The notes beneath the pieces are model-generated. The model searched no databases and was not told the origin of the DNA. It saw only the letters and a program-made list of their open reading frames with translations. Shown here in pieces: positions 59,501 to 64,000 of a stretch of 64,000 nt of DNA. The position numbers and the translations under genes are program-made. The stretch spans positions 1,408,001 through 1,472,000 of the forward strand of contig CAWEEQ010000004.1 in assembly GCA_963808235.1 (NCBI GenBank), in the 5' to 3' direction. The stretch comes from an uncultured delta proteobacterium (GTDB lineage: Bacteria; Desulfobacterota; Binatia; Binatales; Binataceae). How positions within the stretch are numbered: position 1 is the first letter of the stretch; every line of letters begins with the position of its first letter.

Positions 59501-60148
59501 CTGCAGGCGCGATGCGAGATTGGCGGTGTGGCCGATTGGGGTGTACTCGATGTGGCCCTCGCCGGTCTGGATCGAGCGGAGCACGACTTCGCCGGTGTTT
59601 ACGCCAACCCGAATCTCTAGCGGTGCGCGGCCGTCGGCCTGCAGCTTGGCGCCATAGCGACGCAGCTCCTCTTGCATCCTGAGTGAGGCAAACAGGGCGC
59701 GTTGCGGATGATCCTCGTGCGCGATCGGCGCGCCGAACATGGCGAAGATTCCGTCGCCGGTCGATTGTACCACGTAGCCGTCGTAGCGGCGCACCGCGTC
59801 GATCATCAGCTTGAGCGCGGGGTCGACGATCGCGCGCGCCTCTTCGGGATCGAGATCCTGCTCGAGTTCCGTCGATCCCTTGATATCCGCGAACAGCGCC
59901 GTGAGCGTTTTACGTTCTCCGTCGGTCGCGGACGCGTCGGTTTGTTCTTCCGCTACCCGGACCGGCTGCGCGGACTGACGAACGGTTGACGCGGGCGACA
60001 TCGATGCTGCGCACTCGTCGCAGAATTTCGCTCCGGGTGGATTCACCGCCCCGCATTGAGGGCATTTCGCAGAAAAAGGTGTCGCGCACTCGGAGCAGAA
60101 CTTCGCACCTTCACGATTGTCAGCCCCGCATTTCGTGCAACTAGCCAC
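56558..60148 (-). CDS. Double zinc ribbon + class III nucleotide cyclase + AAA/STAND ATPase + TPR-like protein
   Basis: Four CxxC pairs, LFADIKGS, TGDG, NLASRL, Walker A GEAGVGKS, Walker B IFEDLHW, GNPFF, long helical C-terminus. Confidence 0.95.
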   Translation of the reverse strand: MASCTKCGADNREGAKFCSECATPFSAKCPQCGAVNPPGAKFCDECAASMSPASTVRQSAQPVRVAEEQTDASATDGERKTLTALFADIKGSTELEQDLDPEEARAIVDPALKLMIDAVRRYDGYVVQSTGDGIFAMFGAPIAHEDHPQRALFASLRMQEELRRYGAKLQADGRAPLEIRVGVNTGEVVLRSIQTGEGHIEYTPIGHTANLASRLQTIARTGSIVASEATRSFCEGYFILKPLGATRVKGVSGPVNVYEVGGLGPLRTRLQASARRGLSKFVGRESELAQIKRALELAKSGRGQMAAAVGEAGVGKSRLFFEFRAIGQSGCLVLETLSVSHGKASAYLPLIELLKNYFEITSDDDARRRREKIAGKILILDRSLEDTLPYIFTLLEVAESDDQIARMDPEIRRRRTLDAIKRLLLRESLSQPLIVIFEDLHWVDEGSRALLNLLADSIGTARVLMLVNYRPEFTHNWGNRSYYTQLRLDPLGAESGEEMLKALLDDGIDLAPLKRLILEKTEGNPFFMEEIVQALFEQGALVRNGTIKLAKSLSTIQIPSTVQAVLASRIDRLPAEQKDLLQTLAVIGKEFPFRLVREVSGKGDDELQRLLSELQTAEFIYEQPAVSDVAYGFKHALSQQVAAGSSLLERRRVLHQRVARVLEAQFPEMVETQPELIAHHYTEAGLGAQAIPYWQRAGERALQRSANLEAINHLKKGLELLGAIPETPERNRPAHEAQHYSFLLLLGEARHRTGEFAEAHEAFLRAAETAKSLGSIEHLIDAALELVFMTHTTGFPAPRAVPLLEEALQKFGPDDSPLKAKTLGGLARYLGVIGERQKLMVYAPQAVAMARRIGDPELVSYSLLGMFYALSGPEHAEQRLAITTEMHDLANLADIQNLNYSQYFWRGYCRLELGDTAGADVDFDGYWRWAAEVKQPFHQSICEMLRAMRALMRGRFEDSERLAQQAFAIGQSLQAETAAGVFGLQMFALRREQGRLKEVAPVVRVFLQQNSADAAWRPGLAVIYSELGLTADARTEFENLAQHDFADISRDSLWMGTMSYMVDICTFLGDRARAEKLYEILLPFAALNVIVSNAVACYGALSRYLGALATTLERWDDATRHFEDALAMNARMGARTWLAHTQEQYAAMLLARRQSGDRDKAAILFEEALATAREVGMRALEERVTAAIAQMKPDLH

Positions 60149-63100
60149 GCTGGTCACCTAGTTCCTCGAGGATCGCCTTCGCGTCCTTCAGGTCGGCGGT
60201 GTCGAAGCCTTCGGTGAACCAGTTGTAGATTTCGGCGAGCATCGCGCGCGCCTCGTCGCCGTTGCCCTGCTTCGCGAGCAGCCGTGCGAGGCTCGTCGTC
60301 GCGCGCAGTTCGTATGCTTTCGAGCCGAAGCGCCGCGCCACCTCGATCGCTTCCCGGAAATTGGCAGATGCCTTAGTTTCGTCGCCACGCTTCAGATGCA
60401 ACTCGCCGCGGCACCACAGCACACCAGGCAAATGAAGCTGCTGTTCTCCAACCGCAGATAAGGCTTTCTCGATCGTTGCGAGCGCCTCTTCCAATTGACC
60501 CGCCCGCGCCTGCGCCTCGCTCCACACCCTCAGCGTTTCCGCGTTCGCTGGGAGACCGAGCGTCGCGGCGGAATCGAGTGCGGTGCGAATCAGCGCGACG
60601 CCTTCGTCAGGACGACCCTGCTCGGCCATCGCCCATCCGCGATAAAAGGAGCCGGAGGCCGCATACTGGGGGATTTGCAGTTCGCTCGCGAGAGTGAATA
60701 GGCGCTCGGCGACTTCGTGCGCGTGGGCAGGCTCGCGAAGGTACACGTAAAAGGCGCTTGCCCCTTGCAGCGCGAACGCCATATTTGAGGGCCTCTTCAA
60801 GCCCTCGGACAAAGCAATCGCCTCACGAATTTTCGCTTGCGCCTGATCGGCGCTCCCCAAGTGCCACAACGCCACGCCGATCCGCAACAGCGCCCCGACA
60901 TGAGGGTCCACCATGATGTACCCGGTGAAGTCGGTCTCGTTGTATGACGCGATCGCCGCCTCGAAATGTTGCATCGCTTGAGCCAGCTCGCCGCGAAACT
61001 GGAAGCAAATTCCCTGAAGGTGGTGGCCCAGGGTCAGGCCGTAGCGACTCCCGCTGCGCTGGGCGATCTCCAGCATTTGTTCGGCGATCTGCTGCGCGGC
61101 GGTCATGTCGCCCTGCTCAAGGGCCGGGCCCCAAGCGGCCCTCAGCGCGACTATGAGTTGCCCCGGATTGCCAGTCTTTTCGCCCAGCTCCCGCAAGCGT
61201 CTGCTCGCCCGCAAATTCTCACCCGCGCCCATGTGGCTTGTGAATGCGAGCACCTGCCAAAGCGCGTACTGGAGATTGAATTCGCGTCCTATGCGCTCGG
61301 GGGTCTCGGATGTAGTGCTCAGCGCGGCGATCGCCTGCCTGAAATGAAGCTCGGCTTCCTTAAGGGCGCCGCGCAACATTGCTTGCTGGCCCGCCCGGCC
61401 CAGATACTCGACCGCTTTTTCGGTGTTTGAGCTGCGACCGTAATGGTGCGCCAACTCGGCCAGGTGATCATCGATCTGGATCGAGGCCGGAGCTTCAATC
61501 GCTGCGCCGATCTTTTCGTGAAGCACCTTTCTACGCTCTACTAGCACCGATTGGTAGGCCACTTCCTGGGTCAACGCGTGTTTGAAGGTGTATTCGATAT
61601 CGCCGGCGGCCGGCTGTTCGTAGATGAACTCAGCAAGCTGTAGATCGCCGAGCATCCGGTTCAGTTCATCGTCAGGTTTCGCGACGGCACTCTTGATGAG
61701 ACCGAACGGGAATTCTTTGCCGATCACCGCGAGCGTCTGCAGCAAATCTTTCTCGTCTGGTGACAGACGATCGATGCGCGAGGCCAGAATCGCCTGTACC
61801 GTCGGCGGAATCTTCAACTCCGCCAGTGGCTTGACGAGCTTGATGCTCCCGTTGCGGACCAGCGCGCCCTCGTCGAACATCGCTTGCACCATCTCTTCCA
61901 TGAAGAACGGATTACCCTCGGTCTTCTCGATGATCAGGCGTTTGAGCGCGGCCAGATCTTTGCTTTCGCCAAGCATCGCCGAGAGCATCTCTTCGCCGCT
62001 CTCCGTGCGCAGCGGATCGAGGCGCAACTGTGTGTAGTAAGTCTTGTTGCCCCACTGATGCGTGTATTCGGGGCGGTAATTGACCAGCATCAGGATGCGG
62101 GCAGTGCCGATCGAGTCGGCAAGCAGGTTCAGCAGCGCCTGCGTTTCACCGTCGATCCAGTGGAGGTCCTCGAAGATCACCATCAGTGGCTGGTTGAGCG
62201 ACTCGCGAATCAGAATGCGCTTGATCGCGTCGAGCGTGCGCCGCTTCCTAATCTGCGCATCCATCTGTGCGAGAGGATCCTTCTTTTGCACTTCGTGCAG
62301 ATACTCGTCCAGGCGATCCAGGCTTTGCTCCCAATTGCGCCGATCGTGCTCGCCGCCCTCGACGATTCCCAACAGCGAAAACAGATACGGCCGTGTCTCC
62401 TCCAGCGACGGATCCAGGATTGCGAGCCGCCCCGCAACCTTCTCGCGCCGGGTGCGTTCGTCGTCGTCGGAAGTGATCTTGAAATAGTTCCAGAGCAGCT
62501 CGATCACCGGCATGTAGGCTGAAGCCTTGCCGTGCGAGACCGAGAACGTCTCCAGCACCATCCAGCCGGACTGCGAAACGGCTTTGAACTCGAAGAACAG
62601 CCGCGACTTGCCGACCCCCGGCTCCGCCATCGCCGCGACGATCTGCCCGTGCCCGGCTCTGGCCTCCTCGGCCGCGGTCTTCATCGCATCGATCTCGCGA
62701 TTGCGACCGACAAACTTCGTCAGGCCGCGCCCCGCCGAGCGTTGTAGGCGCGTACGCAAGAGGCCAAGACCGGTGACTTCGAAGACATCAACCGGACTGC
62801 TGACGCCTTTGATCCGCGCCTGCCCAAGCGGCTTGAGCGCGAAGTAACCTTCGACCAGGTTGCGCACGGGCTCGCTGATGGCGATCGACCCCGGCGCGGC
62901 TAGCGCCTGCAGCCGCGACGCAAGGCTGGTCGAGTGCCCGATCGGGGTGTACTCAGTGTGCGCCTCGTCGGTCTTGATCAAGCGAACCACGACTTCGCCG
63001 GTGTTCACGCCGACGCGGACTTGCAGATTCACTCCTTTTTCCGCGCGCAGCTTCTCGGCGTAGCGCTTGACGTCCTCCTGCATGCGGAGCGCCGCGAACA

Positions 63101-63572
63101 AGGCGCGCTGCGGATGGTCCTCGTGCGCAATCGGCGCACCGAAGATCGCGAAGATGCCGTCGCCAGTCGATTGCACGATGTACCCGCCGTAGCGATGCGC
63201 CCCGTCGATCATCAACTTCAACGCCGGATCGACAATCGCGCGCGCCTCTTCGGGATCGAGGCCCTCCAGCAGATCCATCGAACCCTTGATGTCCGCGAAC
63301 AGCGCGGTGACAGTCTTGCGCTCACCATCGATCGCTGTTGAAGAATCTGAATCCTTCCGCGCAACCCGAATCGTGGGCGCCGTTGATATCGGAGGCGAAT
63401 CGCCGGCAGCCCGTTCGCTGACGGCTAGTGCGGCGCCGCAATCTCCGCAGAATCTTGATGCGGGCGCATTCTCAGCGGCACATTTTGGACAATGAATCGC
63501 CAGCCCGCTGCCGCATTGGGAGCAGAATTTCCTGGCTCCGGGGTTTTCCGTGCCGCACTTCGAACAGCGCAT
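60141..63572 (-). CDS. Double zinc ribbon + class III nucleotide cyclase + AAA/STAND ATPase + TPR-like protein (paralog)
   Basis: MRCSKCG, LFADIKGS, TGDG, AEPGVGKS, IFEDLHW, GNPFF, C-terminal ELRATTSLARL...Y.WFTEGFDT.DL..AK. Confidence 0.95.
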   Translation of the reverse strand: MRCSKCGTENPGARKFCSQCGSGLAIHCPKCAAENAPASRFCGDCGAALAVSERAAGDSPPISTAPTIRVARKDSDSSTAIDGERKTVTALFADIKGSMDLLEGLDPEEARAIVDPALKLMIDGAHRYGGYIVQSTGDGIFAIFGAPIAHEDHPQRALFAALRMQEDVKRYAEKLRAEKGVNLQVRVGVNTGEVVVRLIKTDEAHTEYTPIGHSTSLASRLQALAAPGSIAISEPVRNLVEGYFALKPLGQARIKGVSSPVDVFEVTGLGLLRTRLQRSAGRGLTKFVGRNREIDAMKTAAEEARAGHGQIVAAMAEPGVGKSRLFFEFKAVSQSGWMVLETFSVSHGKASAYMPVIELLWNYFKITSDDDERTRREKVAGRLAILDPSLEETRPYLFSLLGIVEGGEHDRRNWEQSLDRLDEYLHEVQKKDPLAQMDAQIRKRRTLDAIKRILIRESLNQPLMVIFEDLHWIDGETQALLNLLADSIGTARILMLVNYRPEYTHQWGNKTYYTQLRLDPLRTESGEEMLSAMLGESKDLAALKRLIIEKTEGNPFFMEEMVQAMFDEGALVRNGSIKLVKPLAELKIPPTVQAILASRIDRLSPDEKDLLQTLAVIGKEFPFGLIKSAVAKPDDELNRMLGDLQLAEFIYEQPAAGDIEYTFKHALTQEVAYQSVLVERRKVLHEKIGAAIEAPASIQIDDHLAELAHHYGRSSNTEKAVEYLGRAGQQAMLRGALKEAELHFRQAIAALSTTSETPERIGREFNLQYALWQVLAFTSHMGAGENLRASRRLRELGEKTGNPGQLIVALRAAWGPALEQGDMTAAQQIAEQMLEIAQRSGSRYGLTLGHHLQGICFQFRGELAQAMQHFEAAIASYNETDFTGYIMVDPHVGALLRIGVALWHLGSADQAQAKIREAIALSEGLKRPSNMAFALQGASAFYVYLREPAHAHEVAERLFTLASELQIPQYAASGSFYRGWAMAEQGRPDEGVALIRTALDSAATLGLPANAETLRVWSEAQARAGQLEEALATIEKALSAVGEQQLHLPGVLWCRGELHLKRGDETKASANFREAIEVARRFGSKAYELRATTSLARLLAKQGNGDEARAMLAEIYNWFTEGFDTADLKDAKAILEELGDQRG

Positions 63573-63680
63573 CGAATGCTCAGCTATCTGGTGAATCGAC
63601 CTTCTTGTATCATCCAGCCTCGGGTTCAAACCAGCATGCTGCGTTGACAACCGCCGTTCCGGCCCACAAAATCTCGTGCG

Positions 63681-64000
63681 ATGGATCTTATTTTGACCAA
63701 GTACCGATTCGCGAGGCTCGCGACACTAGCCCTGCTGCTCGTATGCGCGGGATGCGGCGTCGCCTACCAGGCCGGCACCCGAATCAAGGCGACCCGGATG
63801 TCCGATTCGCTCAAGGTCGGCGAGCCGTCGCCCGAGGTCCATCACTCATGGGGCGAGCCCGATTTGCGCCAATATCTGCCCGCGGACACCGAGGTCTGGA
63901 GTTATCCTTATAAGCCCAACAGCAACGACATTACGGCGGCGCTCCTCTATACCTCGTCCAAGGACGGGGACAAGGGAACCTTCCTCGATTTGAAGTTTGT
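63681..64000 (+). CDS. Putative lipoprotein (SmpA/BamE-like), 3' partial; not in the supplied ORF track
   Basis: Manual translation ...TKYRFARLATLALLLVCAGCGVAYQAG...LKVG...EV...WGEPD...EVWSY; open to the window end. Confidence 0.65.
   Translation, partial: MDLILTKYRFARLATLALLLVCAGCGVAYQAGTRIKATRMSDSLKVGEPSPEVHHSWGEPDLRQYLPADTEVWSYPYKPNSNDITAALLYTSSKDGDKGTFLDLKF

Noticed and set aside
1-64000. tRNA, rRNA, riboswitch or prophage
   Set aside because: No cloverleaf, rRNA-like tract, FMN-riboswitch-like leader or phage hallmark gene was recognised by eye; an Infernal/tRNAscan run would be needed to exclude them.

Overview
High-GC bacterial chromosomal segment, mostly core genome. Gene order and gene families suggest a soil deltaproteobacteria-like organism, most likely Candidatus Binatota (inference only). 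It carries yebC-ruvC-ruvA-ruvB; a compacted superoperon yceD-rpmF-plsX-fabD-acpP-nrdR-ribD-ribBA-nusB-lptE-holA converging on mazG-rpsT; thrB-metF-folE-vapB-rpiA-glycerate kinase; icd-like/MsrP-like/glpD/nth; hisI-hisG; many hydrolases and secreted hypotheticals; and two tandem zinc-ribbon/class III cyclase/AAA(STAND)/TPR genes beside a DUF4242 gene. I saw no tRNA, rRNA, CRISPR array or transposase. Main observations: (1) the riboflavin cluster lacks ribE and ribH and its RibBA has an apparently dead DHBP-synthase half but an intact GTP cyclohydrolase II half, so it may make only the ribityl-pyrimidine precursor (possibly for F420); (2) a translationally coupled three-gene GT-C/PMT locus with CBM-like and PA14 modules, a candidate protein O-glycosylation system; (3) a dispersed palindromic repeat family with compensatory base changes, plus a ~350-bp direct repeat bracketing two small orphan genes; (4) an orphan VapB coupled directly to rpiA. 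Several small frameshifts (ribD, GH1 twice, glpD, probably the beta-propeller gene) sit in homopolymer or dinucleotide runs and look like long-read assembly errors.
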